From: an uncultured Chitinophaga sp.
Lineage (GTDB): Bacteria; Bacteroidota; Bacteroidia; Chitinophagales; Chitinophagaceae
NCBI GenBank assembly: GCA_964576375.1
Contig: CAZNUR010000003.1
Span: 3,532-67,531, forward strand
Direction of reading: 5' to 3'
DNA: 64,000 nt
Shown here: piece by piece, positions 20,076 to 29,538 of the stretch
Position numbering within the stretch: position 1 is the first letter of the stretch
How the letters are laid out: every line of letters begins with the position of its first letter
Notes under the pieces: model-generated
The model's input: only the letters and a program-made list of their open reading frames with translations
The model's database searches: none
What the model was told of the DNA's origin: nothing
Program-made: the position numbers and the translations under genes

Positions 20076-21011
20076 ATGGCAAAAGACCCGCTTTCCATTC
20101 GCATTGTATTTATGGGTACCCCAGATTTTGCGGTAGCCAGCTTGCAGGCTATGTTAGATAAAGGATTTAACATAGTTGGGGTTATTACAGCGCCCGACAA
20201 ACCCGCTGGCAGAGGACTGGAATTACAACAGAGCCCTGTTAAACAACTTGCAATTGCTCATCACTTACCACTTCTTCAGCCCTTAAAACTTAAGGACCCG
20301 GCTTTTATACAAGAATTGGCAGCTTGGAAGCCAGATTTGCAAATTGTCGTAGCCTTTAGGATGTTACCAGAGGTAGTGTGGAACTTACCCCCCCTTGGGA
20401 CCATTAACCTACATGGCTCACTATTACCAAACTACAGAGGGGCAGCACCCATCAATTGGGCATTGATCAATGGAGAGAAAAGAACAGGGGTGACTACTTT
20501 TCTGCTTAAACATGAAATTGACACTGGAGACTTGTTGCTGCAAAAAGAATTAGAAATTGAAGATGCAGATAATTTTGGAACCTTGTACAATAAGCTAAAA
20601 GTGTTAGGCGCAAGCTTACTTACTGAAACAATAAATGGCTATGTGCAAAACAGTATTACTCCAATCCCACAAAACAGCGATGCACAACCGCTGAAAGCTG
20701 CTCCAAAATTGCAAAAAGAAACGGGTGCAATCAACTGGAACTTACCTGCCCAAGAAATAAATAATTTGATACGAGGATTATCTCCATTACCAGGAGCGTA
20801 TACCCAACTAGAAGGTAAGTTGCTTAAGATCTACCAAGCAGTTATCCTTCAGGATAAAACTACCGCCTTGCCTGGTACTATAGAGACTGATGGCAAAAAC
20901 TACTTACGTTTTGCCTGCAAAGACGGCTGGCTACAACTTGAAGAAGTTCAACTTGAGGGAAAAAAGAGGATGAAAACAATTTCCTTTTTACAAGGCTATC
21001 GCTTTTCATAA
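20076..21011 (+). CDS. fmt: Methionyl-tRNA formyltransferase
   Basis: FMGTPDFA, PDKPAGRG, NLHGSLLPNYRGAAP. Confidence 0.97.
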   Translation: MAKDPLSIRIVFMGTPDFAVASLQAMLDKGFNIVGVITAPDKPAGRGLELQQSPVKQLAIAHHLPLLQPLKLKDPAFIQELAAWKPDLQIVVAFRMLPEVVWNLPPLGTINLHGSLLPNYRGAAPINWALINGEKRTGVTTFLLKHEIDTGDLLLQKELEIEDADNFGTLYNKLKVLGASLLTETINGYVQNSITPIPQNSDAQPLKAAPKLQKETGAINWNLPAQEINNLIRGLSPLPGAYTQLEGKLLKIYQAVILQDKTTALPGTIETDGKNYLRFACKDGWLQLEEVQLEGKKRMKTISFLQGYRFS

Positions 21012-21031
21012 ATCCCGAGTAAAGAAACTTG

Positions 21032-22378
21032 TTACAAATGGTCTTTGAGTATTCGAAGTCCCTTTGGATAGTAATTATTGACACGGCCAGGCAACACGTT
21101 CAACCAACCTAATGGCAGTCCTTGATAAGTAGCTACCGCCCACCCCTTGTCTGCATTTTCAGCAGTAAATTCTTTACGCTGTAGAAAAGCAATTGCCTGT
21201 TGATTATTCAATGACAAACGATTTACGGCAGATGATAAACGAGTACATAATGCTAACGCATGATCGGGAACTAATTTATCTCGCATCCATCTTCCCACTC
21301 TTACTCCTGCATAAACAAGATATAAATGCTGTTGAATCAAGTGTAAATCTGCCTGTAAAGAGCTAGGAAAAACCATTAAATCTGCTCCGGCTTCAGCAAC
21401 ATCCATTCCTTCAAGGTCAAGCCACTCCGCAAGAGTGCGGAGTCCAATTGATTTGCTAACCGCTTTTACTTTAAATACTTTGTGATTTATAGAAGTAAGT
21501 TGTGCGTTGAGTGGCTTTCTAAAGCATGTAAAAAAGAAGCCCTCACCTTGAATAAGATGTGGCCAACAACGATAACCTTTATCAGTTTCAATAACACCCC
21601 AGGAAGGATCAATTTGAATCGGTAAAAATGCAGCGCCATATTCCTTAGAAAACCACTCCGCAACGGCCTCATTTTCCTCCGCGGAATAAGAACAAGTTGC
21701 ATAAAACAAGACGCCGCCGGGCTTAAGTGCTTTCCAAGCTGATTGTAAAATCCGTTGTTGTCTTAGCGCGCAATGATCAACTTGAGCAGGGGTCCAGGAT
21801 GTTATTGCCTCATGATCCTTTCTGAATAATCCGCTACCACTGCACGGAGCGTCCAATGTAATCCAATCAAAATAAGCTGGCAAACGCTCAAAATGATGTG
21901 GATCATTTTGAGTAACAATTACATTTTCAGCACCCCATTTAATTAGGTTATCACGAAGCAATCCCGTTCTGGATCGTATTACTTCATTAGCCACTAATAA
22001 ACTACCAGGAGCAAGTAGAGAATGAAGATGTGTAGCCTTGCCACCAGGAGCTGCACATAAATCTAAAGCACGAATTGGTTGATCCGCAAAGCCAGTCTGC
22101 AAAAACGCTTGCTCTAATAGCATACTACTAGCCTCTTGCACATAATAAGCCCCGGCATGAAAAAGTGGATCGAATGTAAAAGACGGCCTGGGATTTACAT
22201 AAAAGCCAGAAGTGGTCCAAGGGATTGGAGTTAGGGAAAAAGAAAGATCAGTTCGTTTCTCCGGATTAAGTCGAATGGAAGTGATAGGAGATTGATCAAT
22301 ATGCGCGGCCACAAAACGTGGAATATCATATCCCGGAAGACCCTCTAGGGAACTTAAAAAAGAAGAAGGTAATTGCAC
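21032..22378 (-). CDS. RsmB/RsmF (NOL1/NOP2) rRNA m5C methyltransferase
   Basis: YYVQEASS, DLCAAPGGK, DAPCSGSG, YATCS, C-terminal PUA-like NNYYP. Confidence 0.92.
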   Translation of the reverse strand: MQLPSSFLSSLEGLPGYDIPRFVAAHIDQSPITSIRLNPEKRTDLSFSLTPIPWTTSGFYVNPRPSFTFDPLFHAGAYYVQEASSMLLEQAFLQTGFADQPIRALDLCAAPGGKATHLHSLLAPGSLLVANEVIRSRTGLLRDNLIKWGAENVIVTQNDPHHFERLPAYFDWITLDAPCSGSGLFRKDHEAITSWTPAQVDHCALRQQRILQSAWKALKPGGVLFYATCSYSAEENEAVAEWFSKEYGAAFLPIQIDPSWGVIETDKGYRCWPHLIQGEGFFFTCFRKPLNAQLTSINHKVFKVKAVSKSIGLRTLAEWLDLEGMDVAEAGADLMVFPSSLQADLHLIQQHLYLVYAGVRVGRWMRDKLVPDHALALCTRLSSAVNRLSLNNQQAIAFLQRKEFTAENADKGWAVATYQGLPLGWLNVLPGRVNNYYPKGLRILKDHL

Positions 22379-22397
22379 AAGTTAAAACTAAGAATAA

Positions 22398-23837
22398 TCA
22401 AAGACTCTTAATCTCTGTCACCAGATCTTGTAGCACTTTTTTGGCATCACCAAATAACATAGAAGTCTTAGGACGGAAGAAAAGCTCATTCTCAATACCC
22501 GCGTACCCTGGCTTCATACTTCGCTTGTTAACTATTACATGTTTAGCAAGCTCTACATCAAGTATTGGCATACCGTAAATCGGGGAAGCTGGATCAGACT
22601 TAGCAGCAGGATTAACAACGTCATTAGCACCTAGTATCAAGACAACGTCTGTGGTAGAGAATTCCTCATTCGCTTGCTCCATTTCCAATAATTTTTCATA
22701 AGGAACGTCTGCCTCAGCCAGTAAGACATTCATGTGACCGGGCATGCGACCTGCAACGGGATGTATCGCATATTTTACATCCACCCCTTTTGACTCTAAC
22801 AACTTTTCTAACTCATGACAAGCATGCTGTGCCTGTGCAACTGCCAGGCCGTAACCAGGAACAATGTATACCTTAGTGGCATAGCTCATTAAAACAGCTG
22901 TGTCGCTAAGGCTAATTTCTTTATGCGTGCCACCAACGCCACTGGAGGAAGCGCCTACAGCACTAGCGCCACCAAAAGAACCAATTAATACATTGGTAAG
23001 TGAGCGATTCATTGCTTTACACATCAGAATGGTAAGCAAGGTCCCTGCAGCACCAACTAGAATACCGCCAGTAAGCATCACCTTATTGTCATAAAGAAAT
23101 CCTCCACAGGCAGCCGCAACACCAGTAAAAGAATTCAACAAAGAAATTACTACAGGCATATCGGCCCCACCGATTGGCAAGACAAAAAACACACCGTAGA
23201 GTAAAGAGAGAAAGAAAATTGAGTAAAAGATAAAGATGGCATTAGACGGTAAAAACACAATTAAATAAGCAGCCAATAAAACTATAATCGCTAAAAGTAA
23301 AATGTTAAAAATATGCTGCCCCTTAAACGAAAAGTCTTTAATAGATCCATTCAATTTACCCCAGGCAATTATACTTCCAGCAAAAGAAACAGATCCAATG
23401 AGTAGTCCTAGAACAATAATCAACAAGAACCCCTTTACTGCGGTTTCTGCACCAGCCATTAATAGTACACCAGCCATGATGGGATCCAAATGAGCAAGAT
23501 GATCAAACTCCACCAAACTGATCAAAGCAGCGCAAGCACCTCCCATTCCGTTAAACAGGCTCACCATCTCAGGCATTGCCGTCATCTTAACACGCTTTGC
23601 AGCGAATGTTCCTATGACTGTTCCAATTAATATTCCACCAAAAATCCAACCATAATTTCCCAACCGGGTGCCATCCTCCTCATATAAAAAAATTGTTCCT
23701 AAAATAGCTAGTGTCATTCCGAATGCAGCCACTCTGTTTCCGTTTCTTGCAGAAGCAGGATGAGATAACATCTTAAGACCCACTATAAAGGTGACGGATG
23801 CAATCAAGTATATAAAAGTCAGGAGGTTTAGTTCCAC
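22398..23837 (-). CDS. pntB: NAD(P) transhydrogenase beta subunit
   Basis: IGGADMPVVISLLNS, VPGYGLAVAQAQ, HPVAGRMPGHMN, GANDVVNP. Confidence 0.97.
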   Translation of the reverse strand: MELNLLTFIYLIASVTFIVGLKMLSHPASARNGNRVAAFGMTLAILGTIFLYEEDGTRLGNYGWIFGGILIGTVIGTFAAKRVKMTAMPEMVSLFNGMGGACAALISLVEFDHLAHLDPIMAGVLLMAGAETAVKGFLLIIVLGLLIGSVSFAGSIIAWGKLNGSIKDFSFKGQHIFNILLLAIIVLLAAYLIVFLPSNAIFIFYSIFFLSLLYGVFFVLPIGGADMPVVISLLNSFTGVAAACGGFLYDNKVMLTGGILVGAAGTLLTILMCKAMNRSLTNVLIGSFGGASAVGASSSGVGGTHKEISLSDTAVLMSYATKVYIVPGYGLAVAQAQHACHELEKLLESKGVDVKYAIHPVAGRMPGHMNVLLAEADVPYEKLLEMEQANEEFSTTDVVLILGANDVVNPAAKSDPASPIYGMPILDVELAKHVIVNKRSMKPGYAGIENELFFRPKTSMLFGDAKKVLQDLVTEIKSL

Positions 23838-23860
23838 GAGTTTCTATTTTTAATTCGGAA

Positions 23861-24172
23861 TTATTTTTTCTTTTTGGAAAACATCTCCAACATTCGATCG
23901 GTTACAACAAAACCCCCTACCACATTTAACGTTCCCACAATCACAGCAATAAATCCTAGTACCAGCGCCAGGTAATTAGTTGGAGCAGCTTTCCCCATGA
24001 CTATAATTGCACCGATAATTACCACCCCGTGAATGGCATTTGCTCCACTCATAAGAGGCGTATGCAATACACTGGGAACTCTCCCTATCACTTCAATTCC
24101 CACAAAAATCATCAGGATTACGATATACAGAATTTCCTGATGCAAGCTAATCCAAGACAATAGTTGTTCCAT
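23861..24172 (-). CDS. pntA: NAD(P) transhydrogenase alpha subunit, membrane part (alpha2)
   Basis: LHTPLMSGANAI, NVVGGFVVTDRML. Confidence 0.95.
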   Translation of the reverse strand: MEQLLSWISLHQEILYIVILMIFVGIEVIGRVPSVLHTPLMSGANAIHGVVIIGAIIVMGKAAPTNYLALVLGFIAVIVGTLNVVGGFVVTDRMLEMFSKKKK

Positions 24173-24174
24173 GT

Positions 24175-25293
24175 TTATAAGCTTGAAGTAATTTTTTCGT
24201 TTATAATTTTACCCTGATGAGTCACACAGGCTCCTTTGACCAAATCATCTTCCCAATTCAAATGCAAAGCCCCTGTCTTATCTATCAACAGCTGAAAGAA
24301 ATTGAGTATGTTCTTTCCGTATAACTTACTAGCGTCGGCAGGAAGTGAAGCTGGCAAGTTAGAAGCACCTACTATTCTCACTCCATTTTGCTCAACAGTT
24401 TCAGCATCTTTTGTATAAGGTGTGTTCCCCCCTGTAGCTGCTGCCAAATCAATAATTACGGATCCATTTCGCATGGAGGCAATCATATCACCAGTAATCA
24501 ATATTGGAGCCTTTTTCCCTGGAATTTGGGCCGTAGTGATAATTATATCAGCCTTTGCCGCTGATTGAGCAATACGCTCACGCTGCCGGCGCTGGTACTC
24601 CTCAGACTGTTCAACAGCATATCCGCCTGCTTTACTAGCATCTGCTGCACCTCCCACTTCAATAAATTTTGCACCCAAACTCATCACTTCCTCTTTTACA
24701 GCAGGACGAGTATCAAATACCTCTACCACAGCGCCAAGTCGCTTTGCAGTGGCAATAGCTTGCAATCCTGCAACACCAGCACCCAGTATCAACACTTTTG
24801 CAGGTGTAATACTTCCAGCAGCAGTCATAAACATAGGAAAATATCTCCCGTAAGTATTAGCAGCCACTAGTATTGCCTTATACCCTGCAATGTTTGCTTG
24901 TGAACTTAGTATATCCATTGATTGGGCCCTTGTTGTTCGGGGCAACATATCTAAAGAAAAAGAAGTGACACCTGCAAGTGCAACAGCCTGTACCCAATCT
25001 TTTTTATATAGTGGCTGAAAGGCACCAATTAATATTTTGCCGCCCATTGCAGCTAGCTGATCGGTAGGAATCGCATGCATCGATAAAACTACGTCTGATT
25101 TTGCTACTACAGTTGTTCTATCACTAATTGACGCACCCGCAGATTGGTAAGCAGAATCACTGCAAAAGGCATTGATGCCAGCTCCTTGCTCTACGCAAAC
25201 TGTAAATCCTTTTTTAACAAGAGCTGCAACAGCTTCGTCTGTTAACGACACCCTTGTTTCTGGGCTTGCCTCCCGAAGAACTCCAATGGTCAT
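24175..25293 (-). CDS. pntA: NAD(P) transhydrogenase alpha subunit, soluble domain I (alpha1)
   Basis: PRTTRAQSMDILSS, GAGVAGLQA, DLAAATGGN. Confidence 0.95.
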   Translation of the reverse strand: MTIGVLREASPETRVSLTDEAVAALVKKGFTVCVEQGAGINAFCSDSAYQSAGASISDRTTVVAKSDVVLSMHAIPTDQLAAMGGKILIGAFQPLYKKDWVQAVALAGVTSFSLDMLPRTTRAQSMDILSSQANIAGYKAILVAANTYGRYFPMFMTAAGSITPAKVLILGAGVAGLQAIATAKRLGAVVEVFDTRPAVKEEVMSLGAKFIEVGGAADASKAGGYAVEQSEEYQRRQRERIAQSAAKADIIITTAQIPGKKAPILITGDMIASMRNGSVIIDLAAATGGNTPYTKDAETVEQNGVRIVGASNLPASLPADASKLYGKNILNFFQLLIDKTGALHLNWEDDLVKGACVTHQGKIINEKITSSL

Positions 25294-25336
25294 AGTTGAA
25301 AACAGTATTAATAAAACTGCTTAACGAAGGTAGCGA

Positions 25337-26134
25337 TTAATAGCGGATACTAAAATGAGATTTACCTAAGAAGCTTGGATTAAAAAGTACTACCCCGAAT
25401 TGAAAAAAATCGATAGTAAGCCTCACTCGATCATGCGTCTTAATTACGGACCACGCCTTTTCCATTCCAGTACTCCAGTGAATATCATCCACAATGATCA
25501 TTGAGGTTGCTGACAGATATGGAAGGAGTTGCGTAAAATATCGCAGCGTAGCATCCTGCCTATGGTTACCATCCATAAACACAAGATCAGGGCTTGGTAT
25601 AGTGTTCAATAAGCCTTGTAAGCAAGTGTCTAAATTACCTTGCTCTACAACTACATTCTCACAATTCCATTCAGCAAAATGCCGCTTTGCCCTGTCAGCA
25701 ATTGCATCAACACCTTCGATTGTATAAATGGAAGAAGTAGGACAGGCCAATGAAAAAAAACCTGTTGAGAGTCCCAAGGAAGTCCCAAGCTCAAGTATAG
25801 TACTAGGATTATAATAACGTGCAATTCGAAAAAAAAATTTAGCCGTACGGGGCGTTTTCGCAGCTATTTTTGTCAGCGAGGAAACGGTACGGGTACTAAA
25901 TGACCCAGCACGTGATCCCGCTCCGATCTCATTGACCGTTAGTAGATCGTGATTGCTGAGCAGAGACTGTCTCCACCTGTTCCAAACCGCATATTCCCTA
26001 AATGAAGTGTTGTCTTGAAGCACCTTTGTCAAAAAATCAAAAACAAATGGAGAATGTATGCCATGCCCCTTGGGATTAGAGGCACGAAGCAGAAAATTGA
26101 AGTACCGAAAAAGTAATTGCGTATTGGTAAACAT
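25337..26134 (-). CDS. Class I SAM-dependent methyltransferase (Methyltransf_24-like)
   Basis: GHGIHSPFVF, LELGTSLG, FMDGNH, DDIHWS. Confidence 0.88.
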   Translation of the reverse strand: MFTNTQLLFRYFNFLLRASNPKGHGIHSPFVFDFLTKVLQDNTSFREYAVWNRWRQSLLSNHDLLTVNEIGAGSRAGSFSTRTVSSLTKIAAKTPRTAKFFFRIARYYNPSTILELGTSLGLSTGFFSLACPTSSIYTIEGVDAIADRAKRHFAEWNCENVVVEQGNLDTCLQGLLNTIPSPDLVFMDGNHRQDATLRYFTQLLPYLSATSMIIVDDIHWSTGMEKAWSVIKTHDRVRLTIDFFQFGVVLFNPSFLGKSHFSIRY

Positions 26135-26140
26135 ACTGGC

Positions 26141-26638
26141 TTAGGTTAGCCTTTCCCAAACCTGAAAAGAATAATTGAATGCATGCTTTTCATCGGCTTC
26201 CCGATCTAATTGGCTAACAAGCTTCCATTCACTGGGATGAAAAGATGTAAAATAAGTGTCTGCATCAGGATTTGCATCTACGCGCGTAAGATAGATTCGT
26301 GTTGCCAGATCAAAAAACAAATTGTAAATCTCACCGCCACCGATAATCACTACTTCATTTATAGCGCATTCCTTTGCTTTTGAGAGGGCTGTAATTGCAT
26401 CTGACACTACAATTACCTCACTCGAAGCGCTCCAATTGGCTTGACGCGTTATCACAATATTAGTACGACCCGGAAGTGGTTTTCCGAGCGAGTCATATGT
26501 TTTTCTACCCATAATAACAGGTAGTCCCCAGGTAATATTTTTAAAATGTTTTAAATCAGCAGGAAGATGCCAAGGCATATTCCCCTCTTTTCCAATGGCT
26601 CCATTATGGGCGGCAGCAACAATCAGGGAAACTTGCAT
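26141..26638 (-). CDS. folA: Dihydrofolate reductase (likely start 26638, MQVSL)
   Basis: IGKEGNMPWHLPADL, MGRKT, LPGRTN, IIGGGEIY; follows thyA. Confidence 0.96.
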   Translation of the reverse strand: MQVSLIVAAAHNGAIGKEGNMPWHLPADLKHFKNITWGLPVIMGRKTYDSLGKPLPGRTNIVITRQANWSASSEVIVVSDAITALSKAKECAINEVVIIGGGEIYNLFFDLATRIYLTRVDANPDADTYFTSFHPSEWKLVSQLDREADEKHAFNYSFQVWERLT

Positions 26639-26649
26639 TTGATTGTTAT

Positions 26650-27444
26650 TTATACTGCCACCGGCGCTTTGATAGCGGGATGGCATTGGTAATTTAAAAT
26701 TTCTATATCCTCAAAGCGAAACGAAAATAAATCAGTAACGGCAGGGTTTAGTTTCAAAGTTGGTAGCGGATAAGGTTGTCTGCTTAATTGAAGTTTTACC
26801 TGCTCAAAATGATTACTGTAAATATGAACATCTCCAAACGTATGAACAAAATCCCCAGGCTTTAATTGACACACCTGTGCAATCATATGGGTAAGAAGTG
26901 CATAAGAAGCAATATTGAATGGAACACCCAGAAATACATCCGCGCTACGCTGGTATAATTGACAACTCAACCGACCATCAGCTACGTAAAACTGGAAGAG
27001 TGAATGACAAGGCATCAATGCCATTTCCGAAAGTTCCGCAACGTTCCAAGCACTTACAATCAGTCGACGGCTATCTGGATTTTTTTTGATTTCTTGAATC
27101 AATGCAGTGATCTGATCCACTACCTGCCCATTCTTCCCCTCCCAACGTCTCCATTGCTTACCATAAACAGGTCCCAACTCCCCATTAGCGTCAGCCCATT
27201 CGTCCCATATACTCACTCCATTCTCTTTCAAATAAGCAATATTGGTTTCTCCTTTTAGAAACCATAATAGTTCATGGATGATACTTCTTAAGTGAACTTT
27301 TTTAGTAGTCACCAGTGGAAATCCTTCAGCAAGATCAAACCGCATTTGATATCCAAATACACTTCTGGTGCCCGTGCCAGTTCTATCAGTTTTATCAGAT
27401 CCTTTATCCAGGATATGCTGTAATAATTGGTGGTACTGCTGCAT
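26650..27444 (-). CDS. thyA: Thymidylate synthase
   Basis: [32 protein letters not shown]. Confidence 0.98.
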   Translation of the reverse strand: MQQYHQLLQHILDKGSDKTDRTGTGTRSVFGYQMRFDLAEGFPLVTTKKVHLRSIIHELLWFLKGETNIAYLKENGVSIWDEWADANGELGPVYGKQWRRWEGKNGQVVDQITALIQEIKKNPDSRRLIVSAWNVAELSEMALMPCHSLFQFYVADGRLSCQLYQRSADVFLGVPFNIASYALLTHMIAQVCQLKPGDFVHTFGDVHIYSNHFEQVKLQLSRQPYPLPTLKLNPAVTDLFSFRFEDIEILNYQCHPAIKAPVAV

Positions 27445-27453
27445 TTTGCAATA

Positions 27454-28689
27454 TTAAGCCGAATGAACCCGACGCGCCAACTCTTTTTGTATCAATCCTA
27501 ACTCCCTTCCAGTTTGTCCTTTAACAGATGTGTTTTCCTGTGCTCTTCGCATTAAGTAGGGAACTACATCTTCAATGGGACCAAAGGGCAAGTACTTACT
27601 TACGCTACAACCAGCAGCGGCTAGATTAAAAGTGATGTTATCACTCATTCCATAGAGTTGACTCCAGTGAATATGGGGATGGTTGGAAGGCAAGCCCTTT
27701 TCTATCAACAAGCGGTACGCCAATAAACAACTAGACTCATTATGAGAGGCTACAACTATTCCAAAATGGTCAATATTTTGAACACAGTAGCGCAGCGCGT
27801 TATTATAAAGCACATCCGTAGCCTCCTTGGTAGAATTTATTGGTGAAGCATACCCCATTGTAGCAGCACGCTTTCGCTCTTTCTCCATGTAAGCTCCTCT
27901 GACCAATTTTGCCCCAGAAATATACCCCCGACTAGTTGCCAATTGATGCATGAATTGTAAAAACTCTAATCGATCTGTACGATAAAGCTGATACGTATTA
28001 TAGACGAACGGTGAATTTTTATTACAGAGCTCCATCATGATGGCACATATTGCATCAAGCGGCTCCTGAATCCAAGTTTCTTCTGCATCTAGTGCTACAG
28101 CAATTTTTTTTGTGGTAGCATGAAAACAAATTTTTTCCATTCGGGAACAGACACGCCCCCACTCATTCAATAATTCAGCAGGAAGTTCATTCAGGGCCTG
28201 CTCATACCTCTCCAACAAAGGCTTATTGATTGCAACCATTCTTTTATGCAATTCCTCTAGCAATCCAAATCGAGCAAGGCCGGTTAACTTTATACTGATG
28301 AATGGGATATTTGACTGCGTAGCCGCAAAATCGATGACGCGAACAAACTCATCGCGTGCCTGATCATAAAAAGGCTCCCCTTGCTTACCCTCTACGCCAT
28401 AATCAAGAATTACTTTCACCTGGAAAGACCCCAGCTTAGCTGCAACAGGGATAGTCTGCTCCAGGGTTTCACCCCCGATAAATTGTGAAAAAAGGGTGGA
28501 TCGAATTAAACCTTTAACGGGAAGACCCATCTTCATGGACCAGGGCGTCAGACGTGTACCCATCTGCACAAGAAAAGGATTTGACATTACCTTAAAAAGG
28601 AAACGGGCCTTTTTAAGCTCGAAATCAGATTTATATTGAAAGGCAAGCGCAGTATTATCGAAAGAAGGAAGGGTTGCGTGGCTGGACAT
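27454..28689 (-). CDS. Monofunctional proline dehydrogenase (likely start 28689)
   Basis: LDAEE, KLVRGAYME, ASHN, QLYGMSD, YLMRRAQEN. Confidence 0.93.
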   Translation of the reverse strand: MSSHATLPSFDNTALAFQYKSDFELKKARFLFKVMSNPFLVQMGTRLTPWSMKMGLPVKGLIRSTLFSQFIGGETLEQTIPVAAKLGSFQVKVILDYGVEGKQGEPFYDQARDEFVRVIDFAATQSNIPFISIKLTGLARFGLLEELHKRMVAINKPLLERYEQALNELPAELLNEWGRVCSRMEKICFHATTKKIAVALDAEETWIQEPLDAICAIMMELCNKNSPFVYNTYQLYRTDRLEFLQFMHQLATSRGYISGAKLVRGAYMEKERKRAATMGYASPINSTKEATDVLYNNALRYCVQNIDHFGIVVASHNESSCLLAYRLLIEKGLPSNHPHIHWSQLYGMSDNITFNLAAAGCSVSKYLPFGPIEDVVPYLMRRAQENTSVKGQTGRELGLIQKELARRVHSA

Positions 28690-28760
28690 AGTGGAAAAGA
28701 CTGTGTGGTATGCTCGCAAAATTAACGGAACAAAAGGAGAACCAATACGGCCTCAATTGA

Positions 28761-29477
28761 TTATATAGCCTGATGGTTGAATGGTTGCAACACCATTTCG
28801 CTTACCACCCCACTCACGGGTTGCTGACAGAGAAACCAGATTGATCGAGCCGCTTCCTCAGGCTGTATCATTTTATCACGCTGAACCCGAAGATCTATAG
28901 TATCCCAAAATCCAGAATTTACTCCCCCCATAAACACATTGGTAATCCGAATATCAGTTCTTTTAATTTCCTCCCTCACACTTTGCATCATACCCACCAA
29001 TCCGTATTTGGAAGCGCTATAGGCAGCGGCACCGGCCATTGGAACTTTTCCAAGCACCCCGGGAATATTGATAATTAGCCCCTTTTTTGCAGCTTTCATT
29101 GCAGGTAAAAAAGCTTTTAGCAAACGGAATGGAGCCAAAAGATTGATCTGAAGCGTTTGGATCATTTCTTCTTCAGTGAGTGTATCCATGGGTTTTATGA
29201 TACCTATACCTGAGGCATTGATTAGAATATCCACCGTTGGGAAAAGGGAGAAATACTGTTGAGCCAATTGAGCTACAGCGGCAGGCTCCTGCAAATCCGC
29301 TGCAAAAAAATGGGTGGTGGGAAGCCCTAAAGAGTCAACTAATGCCCGCAGGGCAACAGCGTCTCTGCCTGATAAAAAAAGTGTTGCTCCACTGCCCTGT
29401 AATAATCGGGCGGTATGTGCTCCAATATCGCCGGTTGCACCCACAATTAATACATTTTTACCACGCAAGCTTTCCAT
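28761..29477 (-). CDS. SDR family oxidoreductase (likely start 29477, MESLR)
   Basis: GATGDIG, YSASKYG. Confidence 0.9.
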   Translation of the reverse strand: MESLRGKNVLIVGATGDIGAHTARLLQGSGATLFLSGRDAVALRALVDSLGLPTTHFFAADLQEPAAVAQLAQQYFSLFPTVDILINASGIGIIKPMDTLTEEEMIQTLQINLLAPFRLLKAFLPAMKAAKKGLIINIPGVLGKVPMAGAAAYSASKYGLVGMMQSVREEIKRTDIRITNVFMGGVNSGFWDTIDLRVQRDKMIQPEEAARSIWFLCQQPVSGVVSEMVLQPFNHQAI

Positions 29478-29538
29478 AAAATGATTTTTTAAAGAACAAA
29501 TACCCTTGATTTTTGTTTGAATCCTGCATCGATTTCTC

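Noticed and set aside
23861-25293. Split pntA as a frameshift or pseudogene
   Set aside because: The three-gene transhydrogenase layout is a well-known natural form and both parts are intact
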